This document shows, in pieces, positions 22,536 to 32,463 of a stretch of 37,980 bases of DNA. Numbering within the stretch: the first letter of the stretch is position 1; each line of letters opens with the position of its first letter. The notes under the pieces were generated by a model. It saw only the letters and a program-made list of their open reading frames with translations, had not been told where the DNA came from and did not search any database. The translations under genes were made by a program, and so were the position numbers. The DNA comes from a virus: the IMG/VR virus record IMGVR_UViG_3300016474_000092, positions 1-37,980 of that record; one strand, 5' to 3'.

Positions 22536-24041
22536 ATGAAGACGCCCATACTTGGCGCTTTTTACGTTGCCCGCAGCGTCAACGCGGCCAACGATCGCTG
22601 CGTGAATCTGTTTCCCGAGCTGGTGGCAGAAGGAGGCAAGGAGCCCGCGTACTTACAACGCGCGCCAGGGTTGAAGCTGATAACGCCTACCGTAAGTGGT
22701 ACGCCTACCTCACCGTTGAGCGACGGCCCAGTTCGAGGATTGCACGTCTACAAAGACAAACTTTACGTAGTGACCGCGCAAGCGCCTGCTACGCTGCCGT
22801 ATCCTCAAACGCAACTGTGGGAGTTAGACGCAAATTACGCCGCGACATTGCGCGGTACGGTCAGTTCTAACGTCGGCACCAACCCGGTAACGATGTCGGA
22901 CAACGGCACGCAGATGTTCATCTCGTTTAGCAACACTGCGGGCACGTCATACATTTACAACAACAGCACCACGGCGTTTGCGCAGATCACTGACGTTGAC
23001 TTTCCTGGCGCGTCATCGGTAGGGTTCATTGACGGCTACTTTGTGTTTAGCGAGCCCAACAGTCAAAAGCTCTGGGTGACCGCGCTGCTAGACGGCACGT
23101 CAGTTGACCCGCTGGATTTTGCCAGCGCGGAAGGCGCGCCCGACAACATTCTTGCCGTGTTGGTGAGCAACCGCGAGATTTGGGTGTTCGGCACTACGAC
23201 CACTGAAGTTTGGTACAACGCGGGCGGCCCGGATTTTCCGCTCGAGCGCATCGCAGGCGCGTTTAACGAACTAGGCTGTGTGGCCCGATTTTCCCCGACT
23301 AAACTTGCCAATCGTGTGTTTTGGCTGGGCCGCAACGCGGAAGGCCAAGGCATCGTCTATGTGTCAAACGGCTACATCGGCACGCGCATCAGCACGCACG
23401 CTGTAGAGTCTGTCATTCAAAGCTACAGCACAATCGACGACGCCATCGGCATGGCGTATCAACAAGACGGCCATCAGTTTTACATCTTGACGTTCCCCAC
23501 TGCAGGCGCAACTTGGGTCTACGACCTCGCCACAGGGCGCTGGCACGAGCGGGCAGCCTGGGCTAACGCGGCGTTTACTCGGCACCGCGCCAACTGCATG
23601 GTGTCGTTCAACGGCAAGATTATCGTGGGCGACTTCATCAACGGCAAGCTGTACGAGCTGGATCTCAGCACTTACACCGACGACAGCGAACCGCAGCGAT
23701 GGCTGCGGTCATGGCGAGCTTTGCCGACAGGCGAAAACAAACTAAAACGCACCGCGCAGCATTCGTTGCAGTTGGACTGCGAGGCGGGCGTAGGCTTGGT
23801 GACTGGGCAAGGTAGCAACCCGCAGGTCATGTTGCGATGGTCGGATGATGGCGGTCACACTTGGTCAAACGAACACTGGCGTTCGCTCGGCCAGATTGGT
23901 GAGACTGGCAAGCGCGTCATTTGGCGGCGACTTGGCATGACTACCAAGCTGCGCGACCGCGTGTACGAAATCTCTATGACCGATCCGGTCAAGATTGCCA
24001 TCATGGGCGCTGAGCTAGAAGCGAGCGCAACCAATGCCTAA
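22536..24041 (+). CDS. Tail hub / packaged-DNA stabilisation protein (P22 gp10-like)
   Basis: 501 aa, following the gp4-like gene. The C-terminal GKRVIWRRLGMTTKLRDRVYEISMTDPVKIAIMGAELE parallels the end of P22 gp10. Confidence 0.65.
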   Translation: MKTPILGAFYVARSVNAANDRCVNLFPELVAEGGKEPAYLQRAPGLKLITPTVSGTPTSPLSDGPVRGLHVYKDKLYVVTAQAPATLPYPQTQLWELDANYAATLRGTVSSNVGTNPVTMSDNGTQMFISFSNTAGTSYIYNNSTTAFAQITDVDFPGASSVGFIDGYFVFSEPNSQKLWVTALLDGTSVDPLDFASAEGAPDNILAVLVSNREIWVFGTTTTEVWYNAGGPDFPLERIAGAFNELGCVARFSPTKLANRVFWLGRNAEGQGIVYVSNGYIGTRISTHAVESVIQSYSTIDDAIGMAYQQDGHQFYILTFPTAGATWVYDLATGRWHERAAWANAAFTRHRANCMVSFNGKIIVGDFINGKLYELDLSTYTDDSEPQRWLRSWRALPTGENKLKRTAQHSLQLDCEAGVGLVTGQGSNPQVMLRWSDDGGHTWSNEHWRSLGQIGETGKRVIWRRLGMTTKLRDRVYEISMTDPVKIAIMGAELEASATNA

Positions 24042-24591
24042 CCCAATACCGTTCCGCATTCCGGCGCAGCGGGTGCCTTTCATAGAGGAAGGCACCGACA
24101 ACCTGGTGTCGCGCGAATGGTATCGGTATCTAAACCGCAAACCTCGCTTTGGGTCGTTTTACGACACTACTATACAAACCGCCGCCGCTATTAGCACTGC
24201 ATACGCGGTGACGTTTAACACTACGGTGACGTCGTTTGCTATTAATCGAGGCACCCCATCGTCGCGCATCTATGTGCCTGACACATCCGTCTATGATGTG
24301 CAGTTCTCGTTGCAAGTTGACAAGACTTCCGGCGGCGCAGGATTGATTTATGTCTGGTCGCGTATCGACGGCGTTGATGTGCCTGATTCCGCCAGCCGGG
24401 CTCGCATCAAAGACAATAACGATGAAACCGTATTGGCATGGAATTTCATGCTTGACATGCAAGGCGGCAGTTATTTTGAGCTAATGTGGGCGGTAGACTC
24501 CACATCCATTCAACTGTTAGCCGAGCCCGCAACGGCTTTTTGCCCCGCCATTCCATCGGCTATTTTGACCGTATCCGAGGTATCGATATGA
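24034..24591 (+). CDS. Tail-associated protein with a jelly-roll (C1q/TNF-like) C-terminal domain; role uncertain
   Basis: Overlaps the gp10-like stop. YDVQFSLQVDK...WSRIDGVDV...GSYFELMW is a pattern seen in fibre-knob domains. Confidence 0.45.
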   Translation: MPNPIPFRIPAQRVPFIEEGTDNLVSREWYRYLNRKPRFGSFYDTTIQTAAAISTAYAVTFNTTVTSFAINRGTPSSRIYVPDTSVYDVQFSLQVDKTSGGAGLIYVWSRIDGVDVPDSASRARIKDNNDETVLAWNFMLDMQGGSYFELMWAVDSTSIQLLAEPATAFCPAIPSAILTVSEVSI

Positions 24592-26132
24592 GCGCGTCAC
24601 TGTCTTCTGTACCTAAACTTCAGTTCTTTGACGCCAACGGCAATCCGCTTGTAGGCGGCAAGCTGTACACCTATGCGGCTGGCACGACCACGCCGCTGGC
24701 GACCTACACGGACTCTAGCGCCGGGACGCCCAACACAAACCCAATCATTCTTAACTCGCGCGGCGAAGCGAATGTTTGGCTCGCCAGCACTACATACAAG
24801 TTTGTGTTGAAGACGTCAGCCGACGTAGAAATATGGACTGTTGACAACATCAGTAACGCAATCAACACGTCACAGATTCTTGCGTCAGGCGGCAGCGCTT
24901 CTGACCCCCCGTACACGTTTGCCACTGACAACGACACCGGCATGTATTTGGCCGCCGTGGGCCAACTGGGCTTGACCGTCAACGGCACACCTGTGTTGCG
25001 TTCGACACCTACCGTCATGACCATCGGCCAATCCGGCGGCTCAAATGACGTGGACGTTACGCTGTACGGCGATTTAGCTCAGACCGGCAACGTCACCCAA
25101 ACGGGCAATGTTACCCAGACCGGCAATTATGGGTTAACCGGAAACCTTACGGTTAGCGGCAGCCAATCTGCTACTAGCTATAACGGAGGTCAGCTAGCCG
25201 GGCAACGCAATCGCATCATTAACGGTGCAATGAAGTTGAACCAGCGTAGCTCAAGCTCTTACACCATTACGGCGGCGGCAGCGCTACGGTACACACTCGA
25301 TAGATGGTACGCCTATTGCACGGGCGCAAATACGTCCGTGACGCAGTTTACCAGCGGGGCTGAAAATCGCTTCCGCATTACAGGCGCTGCGTCTAACACT
25401 GGCGTAGGGATTGGGCAACGTATTGAAGCTGCTAACAGCATGGACTTAGCAGGTAAGACTTGCACGTTATCCTGCAAGTTGTCATCGTCATCGCTGACTT
25501 CAATTACGTGGACTGCGTATTACGCTAACACTGCGGATACGTTTGGCACGTTGGCCTCACCAACCAGAACTCAGATTGCGACTGGCACGTTCACAATCAC
25601 ATCAACTGAAGCCAGTTACAACACCCAAATCTCAGTTCCCGCCGCTGCAACAACTGGGATTGAAATTGTGTTTACCGGAGGCGCGCTACTAGCCACGCAA
25701 ACGCTTACGCTGGGCGACGTTCAATTTGAAGCAGGCTCGGTAGCCACGCCGTTTGAAGTTAGGCTGATCGCCAGCGAAGAGTTAGAGTGCCAACGGTATT
25801 ATCAAAATAGCAAAACGCGCGGGTATGCAGTTGGATCTACAGGCAATTCGGTCGGGCAAGTTTGGGAAACAATTTACGCATCCAGCACTACGTCTTACAC
25901 CGGCGTAAGCATTAGATTTTTACGAAGAATGCGCACGACGCCTACGATGGTGCTAGTGGATTCGGGTGGCGGCGGCAGCCCAAATTCGGTGTCAGTTGGG
26001 CTAACTACTTACACTGTATCCGTTACGGCATCGGATATTGGATTCCAATTTAGTTCAATCGCCGCGACCGGATTGACTACAGGTACTGCGGCGACTATTT
26101 ATTTTGACTACTCTGCCGACGCTGAGCTATGA
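24588..26132 (+). CDS. Tail fibre/tailspike (514 aa)
   Basis: ATGA coupling. The N-terminal KLQFFDANGNPLVGGKLYTYAAGTTTPLATYTD is typical of a phage fibre N-domain. Contains QTGNVT hexapeptide repeats. Confidence 0.75.
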   Translation: MSASLSSVPKLQFFDANGNPLVGGKLYTYAAGTTTPLATYTDSSAGTPNTNPIILNSRGEANVWLASTTYKFVLKTSADVEIWTVDNISNAINTSQILASGGSASDPPYTFATDNDTGMYLAAVGQLGLTVNGTPVLRSTPTVMTIGQSGGSNDVDVTLYGDLAQTGNVTQTGNVTQTGNYGLTGNLTVSGSQSATSYNGGQLAGQRNRIINGAMKLNQRSSSSYTITAAAALRYTLDRWYAYCTGANTSVTQFTSGAENRFRITGAASNTGVGIGQRIEAANSMDLAGKTCTLSCKLSSSSLTSITWTAYYANTADTFGTLASPTRTQIATGTFTITSTEASYNTQISVPAAATTGIEIVFTGGALLATQTLTLGDVQFEAGSVATPFEVRLIASEELECQRYYQNSKTRGYAVGSTGNSVGQVWETIYASSTTSYTGVSIRFLRRMRTTPTMVLVDSGGGGSPNSVSVGLTTYTVSVTASDIGFQFSSIAATGLTTGTAATIYFDYSADAEL

Positions 26133-26566
26133 CCATCGCTGACCACATCCGGCGGCTGGACTTACCTGCGGCGGCGGCCAACTGGCTGTTGGACGTATGG
26201 CAGGCGTTTCAGTTGCTGGATGATGTGGTAGACCAAGACAAGCCAATCGAGCGCAAAGATTTGGATGTTGGAATCTATCGCCTTCTGGTACGATTGCCAG
26301 CTAATCCTTTCTATCTAGCCCATGCGGAAGCGCTGTCTACTATGCTCTCAAGCGCTGTATTGCGATGGAAGGCGTCAGACGATGCAGAGCGAGCAAGCCG
26401 CGCTGATGAGCGTTCGTTTGTCTGGCGCGCGGGTTACTACGACATCATGCTTGAAGTTGTCAGACTTTGCCACGGTGCCGAAACGGCCCTAGCCGCCGCC
26501 CGCGACGTCCTGTCGCTGTACGGCGAGAACTTTGCGGATTACCGCCAGGAGTTTCCAAATGCCTGA
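26129..26566 (+). CDS. All-alpha hypothetical protein (145 aa) with a DDVVDQD motif
   Basis: ATGA coupling to the fibre gene. No family recognised. Confidence 0.55.
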   Translation: MTIADHIRRLDLPAAAANWLLDVWQAFQLLDDVVDQDKPIERKDLDVGIYRLLVRLPANPFYLAHAEALSTMLSSAVLRWKASDDAERASRADERSFVWRAGYYDIMLEVVRLCHGAETALAAARDVLSLYGENFADYRQEFPNA

Positions 26567-27365
26567 ACCAATAGCCGCAATTGCTGGCGGATCTCTTCTT
26601 AGTGGCCTGCTTGGTGCAGAAGCCTCCCGTGACGCGGCCAGCACGCAAGCCGCTGCAACCCGTGAGGGATTAGAAGCGCAAGAGCGCATGTTTAACCGCC
26701 AGCTCGAACTGCAGGAGCCATACCGGCAGTCAGGGATTGAAGCGCAAAACATGCTTATGCAACAACTGCGCGGGTTTCAGCCTTACCAAGCGTCTGCCGG
26801 ACTATCGCCTGCTGAATTGGCGTCCCAACGGTTTGAGTTTCAAGCCGATCCCGGCTATGCGTTCCGGTTGGCAGAGGGCATGAAAGCGCTTGAGCAAAGT
26901 GCTGCGGCGCGGGGTAATCTGCTATCAGGCACAACCGGCAAAAATCTGCAACGGTACGGGCAAAATCTTGCGTCGCAAGAATACTCAAACGCTTTCAATC
27001 GTTTTCAAGCTGAACGTGCGGCGCGGGCTGGACTCGGCGCTCAAGAGTACGGTCAGTTTGCAGGCGAGCGCAGTGCGCGCCTGCTGCCGCTCATGCAGGC
27101 TGCTGCCGCCGGCCAAGGGCTTACGTCCAACATTGCAGGCCAGATGGCAGGGCTGGGCGCGGCGCAAGCAGGCGCAGCCGGTCAGATCGGCGCAGCGCAG
27201 GCGGCAGGCCAGATGGGCGTGGCGAACGCGCTCGCGGGCGGCATTGGTCAAGCTGGCAACCTGTACATGCAACAGCAGATGCTTAACGCACTGCAGCGAC
27301 CCGCGTACACGCCTGCGCCCATGTCGTATGGTTACGCCAGTCAGTACGGCCAAGGCATGCTGTAA
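26559..27365 (+). CDS. Internal virion/ejection protein (in the position of P22 gp7)
   Basis: ATG at 26559 overlaps the upstream stop. Ala/Gln/Gly-rich. First of three consecutive large genes of low sequence complexity. Confidence 0.5.
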   Translation: MPEPIAAIAGGSLLSGLLGAEASRDAASTQAAATREGLEAQERMFNRQLELQEPYRQSGIEAQNMLMQQLRGFQPYQASAGLSPAELASQRFEFQADPGYAFRLAEGMKALEQSAAARGNLLSGTTGKNLQRYGQNLASQEYSNAFNRFQAERAARAGLGAQEYGQFAGERSARLLPLMQAAAAGQGLTSNIAGQMAGLGAAQAGAAGQIGAAQAAGQMGVANALAGGIGQAGNLYMQQQMLNALQRPAYTPAPMSYGYASQYGQGML

Positions 27366-27374
27366 GGAGACATC

Positions 27375-28904
27375 ATGGCTACGATTCCGCAAATTGCGAT
27401 GGGGTTCCGGCAGCCGGAGGTCGCCTCGCCGTTGAACATGATGGCGCAAGTCAGTCAGATTCAAGCGGCGCAAGACGCTAACGCTTTGCGTCAGTTTCAG
27501 ATGCAGCAGGCGTTGCGGCAACAAGAGCAAGAGAACGCCTTAGCTGCAATGCCATATAGTACGCTGGCCGCTACGCCGCAAGAGGCGTTACGGTACGGCG
27601 CACCTGGGCGGCAATTGTATGAGTCGCTTCTTAAAGGCTCAAAAGAAAAACGCGAAGCGGAGCTTGCTGAAGCGCGCATAGCAGGCGAAAACATTAAGAC
27701 CGCAAGAGCAAGTTTGGGCGGTGTTTCTGACCAATCTACGTTTGACGCATGGCGCGCAAACACAGTAAAGCTACTGCCCGGTCTTGCTGGCGCACTCCCT
27801 ACCGCCTACTCGCCTGAAGCAGTCCGCAAACTTGCGTTGGACGCAGATAAGCTCTACGAAAATGTCACGTCCACACTGAACCTTGGTCGGGTGCAAACAG
27901 TAGTCCAAACACCTAAATACGGTGGTGGTTTGACCCGCCCTGTGGGGACGTTTGCAGAGACGCCCACTGAGTTGGATGTGGCCCGTACTGCGCAGGCGCA
28001 AGCAGCGGCGGGCGCATCGCGCGCGCAAGCGCAGCGCGACCGAGTGCCGATGTCCGTGCAAGAGTTTGAAGCGTACCGCCGTATGACGCCAAAGGAACAG
28101 GCGGCATTTACAGCGTTTCAAGCAACTAAACGCCCGCAAACTACCATTCAAATGCCGCCGGGTGAAAAGGCTGAGGAAGTTAAACGCGGCGAGAAGTTTG
28201 TTAAGCAGGAAATTGATGTAGGCAACGCTGCGGCTGCGGCACGCAAATCGTTAGCCGGCATACAGTCGGCGCAAGACGTAATAAGTAAGGGTTTTGACAC
28301 TGGTTTTCTTACCGAAACTAAGGCAAAAGCTGCATCAGTGTTGGCCGCGCTTGGCGTTGCCGACGCAGATAAGTACGCCACCGATTCACAAAAGTTTTTG
28401 CAGGCTGTTACGGAACGCGCATTGGCGGCGCAGACCGAACAAAAAGGCGTGCAGACTAACCAAGACTACGAGCGAATTGCTCAATCTGGCGCGCGCATGG
28501 GCAACACTAAAGCCGCCAACGAGTTTATTCTTGACGTAGCGCGTGCGCAGGCCGAACGTGCGATTGCACACGATAAGTTTTACCGCGATTGGCTGCGCGA
28601 CCCAGAGAACAAAAATTCTTTGCGCGGCGCTGAAGACGCTTGGCTAGAGTCAGAAGGCAACAAATCTATCTTTGAAAGCCCGCGCCTAAAAAAGTACGGT
28701 GTGCTTGAATCTGAGCGTATGCAGACGACGCCAGCGCCTCAAGGTCCGGTCGTGGGCGGACGGTCCGCTACGCCGCGCGGCACCGCACCGTCGGCAGCGC
28801 CAGCGATGTCCGCTGAACAACGCGCCGCTGCGCTAGAGTGGGCGCGAGCTAACCCGAACGATCCTCGAACAGCAGCAGTGTTAGAGCGACTGGGGGTACG
28901 GTAA
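27375..28904 (+). CDS. Internal virion/ejection protein (in the position of P22 gp20)
   Basis: AAGGAG ribosome-binding site. 509 aa, Ala/Gln-rich. Confidence 0.5.
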   Translation: MATIPQIAMGFRQPEVASPLNMMAQVSQIQAAQDANALRQFQMQQALRQQEQENALAAMPYSTLAATPQEALRYGAPGRQLYESLLKGSKEKREAELAEARIAGENIKTARASLGGVSDQSTFDAWRANTVKLLPGLAGALPTAYSPEAVRKLALDADKLYENVTSTLNLGRVQTVVQTPKYGGGLTRPVGTFAETPTELDVARTAQAQAAAGASRAQAQRDRVPMSVQEFEAYRRMTPKEQAAFTAFQATKRPQTTIQMPPGEKAEEVKRGEKFVKQEIDVGNAAAAARKSLAGIQSAQDVISKGFDTGFLTETKAKAASVLAALGVADADKYATDSQKFLQAVTERALAAQTEQKGVQTNQDYERIAQSGARMGNTKAANEFILDVARAQAERAIAHDKFYRDWLRDPENKNSLRGAEDAWLESEGNKSIFESPRLKKYGVLESERMQTTPAPQGPVVGGRSATPRGTAPSAAPAMSAEQRAAALEWARANPNDPRTAAVLERLGVR

Positions 28905-31231
28905 TGGCTGCATTTGACCCCGATGCGTTTTTGCGCAACACAGCCCCTGCGGCTTTTGACCCAGATGCATTTCTACGTAGCACTGCACCGGCTGACCAGC
29001 AGCCCGTCTACGCAGACATTCCATACACATCTGCGCCGGTAGTGCCCACGACCCGTGAGCGCCCGCTGTCGGAGCTATCCGCACGTGAAATGATCATGGG
29101 CGCGATTGAAACGCCTGTGGCGCTAGCCGCCACGATCGCAGGCGCGCCGCTGTCCATTTTGACATCTCGCGCTACGCCAGAAGTCAAAGCCGCTGTACGC
29201 CCGTTTCAGTATGAGCCTAAGTCAGAGCTTGCCCAACGCGCACTATCAGCCATCGGTGGAGCAGCAGAAGCTACCAAGCTACCGCCATACATGCCGGCTA
29301 GCGGCCCAATAATGGGCGCGCAAGCTGCAGCAGGCGAAGCAGGTATTGCACGCGCCGCGCGGGCAGGTCGAATCGCGGAAGAGCGATCAGCAGAGTCGTA
29401 TGCACGAGCGCCGATGATTGAGGCGGCGCAAGAGGCCAATCGGCTGGGCATTGCGCTTAACCCAGCCGCCTCTAATCCAACGCTGTCCAATCGGCTAAAA
29501 GTTCAGCTTGCCAACAACCCCCAGTTAAACGCGCAGCTTTCCAAACAAAACGAATTAAAGTGGAGCGACATTGGTAAGCGGGAGCTTGGGATTGACCCGC
29601 GTGAGCAATTGACCGGCAAGACGTATGAGGCCGCGCGAGAGCGCATTGCAGCGCCTTATCGTGAAGTTGAGCAGATTGGGCAGCTAATGCCTGATGACGC
29701 GGTGACCGCGCGAATCCGCGCCGTTCGACCGCCCGACGTTATTGGTGGCGGCGACGCTGCGGCGGCGGTGGCTAAACTAATTGATGAGGCGCTAACCGAT
29801 ATAGACAAAGGTCTGACCAGTAAAAAAGCCTTAGATAGTATTAAACAAATGCGCAACGAAGCGCAGGACATCTATCGCGGCGATAAGCTGACGCCGGTTG
29901 AACGGGCCACCGCCGACGCTAAAATTGGCATTGCCAACGCGCTTGAGCAGTTGGTGGACATGAACGTCAAAGACCCGACGTTGTTGGACCGCTTCCGCGA
30001 AGCGCGCACATTGCTTGCAAAAAGCTACGCATATGAGAAAGCAACTGATTTAGCTACAGGACGCGTTGACCCGGTTGCCATCGCAAAAATGGTCGCCAAA
30101 GATGACGCCATGACGGGCGACATAGCGTCTATCGGGCGAATTGCGGCAAACTTTCCTGAAGTGTCTAGTGCCAAACCATCTTCGTTTCTTCAGAAAGCAG
30201 TCCCTGTTGTCACTCGGTCGGGCATGGGCGGCACGTTAGGGTATGTCGTAGGCGCGGCCACAGGCTTACCACCCAGCCTTATGGCAGCGACCGGCGCTGC
30301 TGCGGGAGAGCTAGGTGGCCGGTACATGGCAAAACGCATCGGCACGCCTGAGTTTCAAGCGCGCAGTGCGGTGCCGACTGACTTTCGCATTCCGATGCCG
30401 CCGTCTCCGACTGCGCCGGTTTCAGCCCCGGCTCCGACGCCTAACCTGCCCGTGCCATACGACTGGCGCCAGGCTGTGCAAACGCCGGATGAGTATTACG
30501 TCCCCAATTTTGTGTTTGGCCGACCAACGCCCGACGTTCGCGTACAAGCGCCTGAGAACAAGCTGTTGCCGCCGCCGAGCGCAGCGTCCACGATGGAGGC
30601 TATCGCGCAACGCCGCGCGTATGATCTTGAGCTTGAGCGATTCAAAGCGCAGCAGGCTGAACAACAGGCAGCCGCGCAAGCCGCTGCTGCGCGCCGCCCC
30701 GCAGGCGAAGGTATGCCGCTGGAGCTTGACCCGGTAACGGGGCGTTTACGGCCCGCTAGCGCTGGTCTGCGCGGCGCAACGCCAGAGACGTTTGCAGACT
30801 ACGGCACGAATCTAAACGCGGCGGTGGCAAAAATTCAGGCTGGCGCACGCCCGACATTGACGGCTGAAGAAAAAATTGCTTGGGACAAACGTAAGGTCGA
30901 TTTAGCCGAGCTAGACCCTGGCCTTAAAAAGCTGTCCGACGCGGCGATTGTAGAAAAAGCGATGGACCGCGACTGGGCGGCAGACGCAATTCGCAAAGCT
31001 CGTGAAAAGGCAGCGGCGTTTGAGCAGATCGCGCAGCGCTCACGTGATCGGCAAGCGGTCATGGAAGCACAAGCGAACCGAGAGCGGATGCTGGACTTGG
31101 CCGAACAATTGACTGAGCAATTGCGTGAGGCGCGGCCTGTTCGCAAAGGCAGCCAAGGCCGTAAGACAATGGAATTTAAGCGCAACCAGCTTGCGCCCAA
31201 ACCAGAGAACAAACTCATCGAGGGTGAGTAA
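28904..31231 (+). CDS. Internal virion/ejection protein (in the position of P22 gp16)
   Basis: TAATG coupling. 775 aa. Tandem AAFDPDAFLR(N/S)TAP duplication at the N-terminus. Confidence 0.5.
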   Translation: MAAFDPDAFLRNTAPAAFDPDAFLRSTAPADQQPVYADIPYTSAPVVPTTRERPLSELSAREMIMGAIETPVALAATIAGAPLSILTSRATPEVKAAVRPFQYEPKSELAQRALSAIGGAAEATKLPPYMPASGPIMGAQAAAGEAGIARAARAGRIAEERSAESYARAPMIEAAQEANRLGIALNPAASNPTLSNRLKVQLANNPQLNAQLSKQNELKWSDIGKRELGIDPREQLTGKTYEAARERIAAPYREVEQIGQLMPDDAVTARIRAVRPPDVIGGGDAAAAVAKLIDEALTDIDKGLTSKKALDSIKQMRNEAQDIYRGDKLTPVERATADAKIGIANALEQLVDMNVKDPTLLDRFREARTLLAKSYAYEKATDLATGRVDPVAIAKMVAKDDAMTGDIASIGRIAANFPEVSSAKPSSFLQKAVPVVTRSGMGGTLGYVVGAATGLPPSLMAATGAAAGELGGRYMAKRIGTPEFQARSAVPTDFRIPMPPSPTAPVSAPAPTPNLPVPYDWRQAVQTPDEYYVPNFVFGRPTPDVRVQAPENKLLPPPSAASTMEAIAQRRAYDLELERFKAQQAEQQAAAQAAAARRPAGEGMPLELDPVTGRLRPASAGLRGATPETFADYGTNLNAAVAKIQAGARPTLTAEEKIAWDKRKVDLAELDPGLKKLSDAAIVEKAMDRDWAADAIRKAREKAAAFEQIAQRSRDRQAVMEAQANRERMLDLAEQLTEQLREARPVRKGSQGRKTMEFKRNQLAPKPENKLIEGE

Positions 31232-31398
31232 TGGCATCAATCAACGACGTGGAGGTTCGCTTGTCAACGCATGAGGCCGTGTGCGCGGAACGCTGGACTG
31301 AGACAATCCTACGCATCAAGAGGATTGAGCACATCTTGATCGGCGCAGCCGGGGCGATTATTTTGCTGCTGTTGGGGATCGTTCTAAAGGTACATTGA
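31231..31398 (+). CDS. 55-aa protein with a C-terminal transmembrane helix
   Basis: Hand-translated: MASINDVEVRLSTHEAVCAERWTETILRIKRIEHILIGAAGAIILLLLGIVLKVH. TAATG and TGATG coupling on either side. Below the ORF-track cut-off. Confidence 0.55.
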   Translation: MASINDVEVRLSTHEAVCAERWTETILRIKRIEHILIGAAGAIILLLLGIVLKVH

Positions 31399-31907
31399 TG
31401 CTGGACCCAATCAGTCTGTTGGCGACTGCGACTGCCGTCTTCAACGGGCTGAAGAAGGCGGTCGAGCTGGGCCGTGAAGCCGAGGATGTCTTTGGTCAGC
31501 TCGGCAAGTGGGCAAGCGCCGTTTCTGATCTGCAGGAGTGGATGAACGGCCAGCAAAGCATCAAGCCCCCGCTCTTTGGCCGCATCGTGTTTGCGCGGTC
31601 GGCTACCGCCGAGGCGTTTGACGAGTACGCAGCCCAGGTCAAGATCCGCGAGATGGAGAAGACGCTGTACAACTGGTTCCATTACGGGCCGTTGCAGCAC
31701 CTTGGCCGGGATGGCTACGTCGAGTTCACGCAAATGCGGCGGCGCATCAAAGAGCAGCGCGAGAAGATGATCTACGAACAACTCAGGCGGCGCAAACGGT
31801 TCATCAAGAACGCCTCAGACGCGGGTCTGATCGCTGTTGTGGTCGGCACAGGCGGCATCATTCTTTTCCACATCATCGACTTCATGGTCGTGCGGTGGCC
31901 GAAATGA
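31398..31907 (+). CDS. Membrane-anchored protein (169 aa, C-terminal transmembrane helix)
   Basis: ATG 31398. Hydrophobic GLIAVVVGTGGIILFHIIDFMVV near the C-terminus. Confidence 0.6.
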   Translation: MLDPISLLATATAVFNGLKKAVELGREAEDVFGQLGKWASAVSDLQEWMNGQQSIKPPLFGRIVFARSATAEAFDEYAAQVKIREMEKTLYNWFHYGPLQHLGRDGYVEFTQMRRRIKEQREKMIYEQLRRRKRFIKNASDAGLIAVVVGTGGIILFHIIDFMVVRWPK

Positions 31908-31978
31908 ACTACATCTTTGGCATTGTCGTCTTGCTGATTGCGGTCTTGATGCTTGCTCTTGCGGAGGTTAGCCACTGA
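31904..31978 (+). CDS. Possible 24-aa transmembrane peptide (MNYIFGIVVLLIAVLMLALAEVSH)
   Basis: ATGA and TGATG coupling on either side. Below the ORF-track cut-off. Confidence 0.4.
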   Translation: MNYIFGIVVLLIAVLMLALAEVSH

Positions 31979-32463
31979 TGCTCCCCATCGTCGCTGGTAT
32001 CGTCTCAACGCTCATTCAAAACAACCTGCCCAAGGTCGCGCAAGCGGTTGTGGACAAGGGGCTTGACTACGTTCAAGAGAAGACAGGCGTTGAATTGAAG
32101 CCTGATATGTCAGCCGAGGACATCACGCGCCTGCGCGAGCGCGCGATGCAGCACGAAGAGTTTATGGTCGAGCAGGCGAACAAGAACACCGCCGACGCGC
32201 GGGCCATGCAGATCGCGGCGCTCATCAACGGCAATGGCATTAGCCGGTCGTTTGTTTATGTGCTGGCGACCTTCTGGTCGATCGTCGCAGCGGGCTACAT
32301 CTTCTTGATTACGATGGTAAAGATTCCGGCTGACAACGTGCGCTTCGCCGACACGGTGTTGGGGTTCATATTAGCCACAGTCGTGGCAACCATCCTCAAC
32401 TTCTTCTTCGGCTCGAGCGCCGGGTCTAAGGCCAAGCAGGAAACCATCGAGAGCAAAAAATGA
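31978..32463 (+). CDS. Holin (GTA-type 3-TM holin-like)
   Basis: Immediately upstream of the endolysin and overlapping it. Long soluble N-terminal part, then hydrophobic helices FVYVLATFWSIVAAGYIFLITMV and VLGFILATVVATILNFFFG. Confidence 0.6.
   Translation: MLPIVAGIVSTLIQNNLPKVAQAVVDKGLDYVQEKTGVELKPDMSAEDITRLRERAMQHEEFMVEQANKNTADARAMQIAALINGNGISRSFVYVLATFWSIVAAGYIFLITMVKIPADNVRFADTVLGFILATVVATILNFFFGSSAGSKAKQETIESKK

Noticed and set aside
19966-26132. A diversity-generating retroelement acting on the fibre genes, as in BPP-1-type phages.
   Set aside because: No reverse transcriptase ORF was found anywhere in the genome. No template/variable repeat pair was noticed near the 3' ends of the fibre genes.
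26890-27530. ORFs 26890-27435(+) and 26985-27530(-), which overlap the first ejection-type gene.
   Set aside because: These are alternative frames of an Ala/Gln/Gly-rich low-complexity gene. They are Arg/Cys-rich and have no ribosome-binding site.
31398-31907. An embedded Rz1-like lipoprotein ORF, for example 31576-31770(+), within the 169-aa membrane protein gene.
   Set aside because: The alternative frame encodes an Arg/Ser-rich peptide with no signal sequence or lipobox cysteine context.
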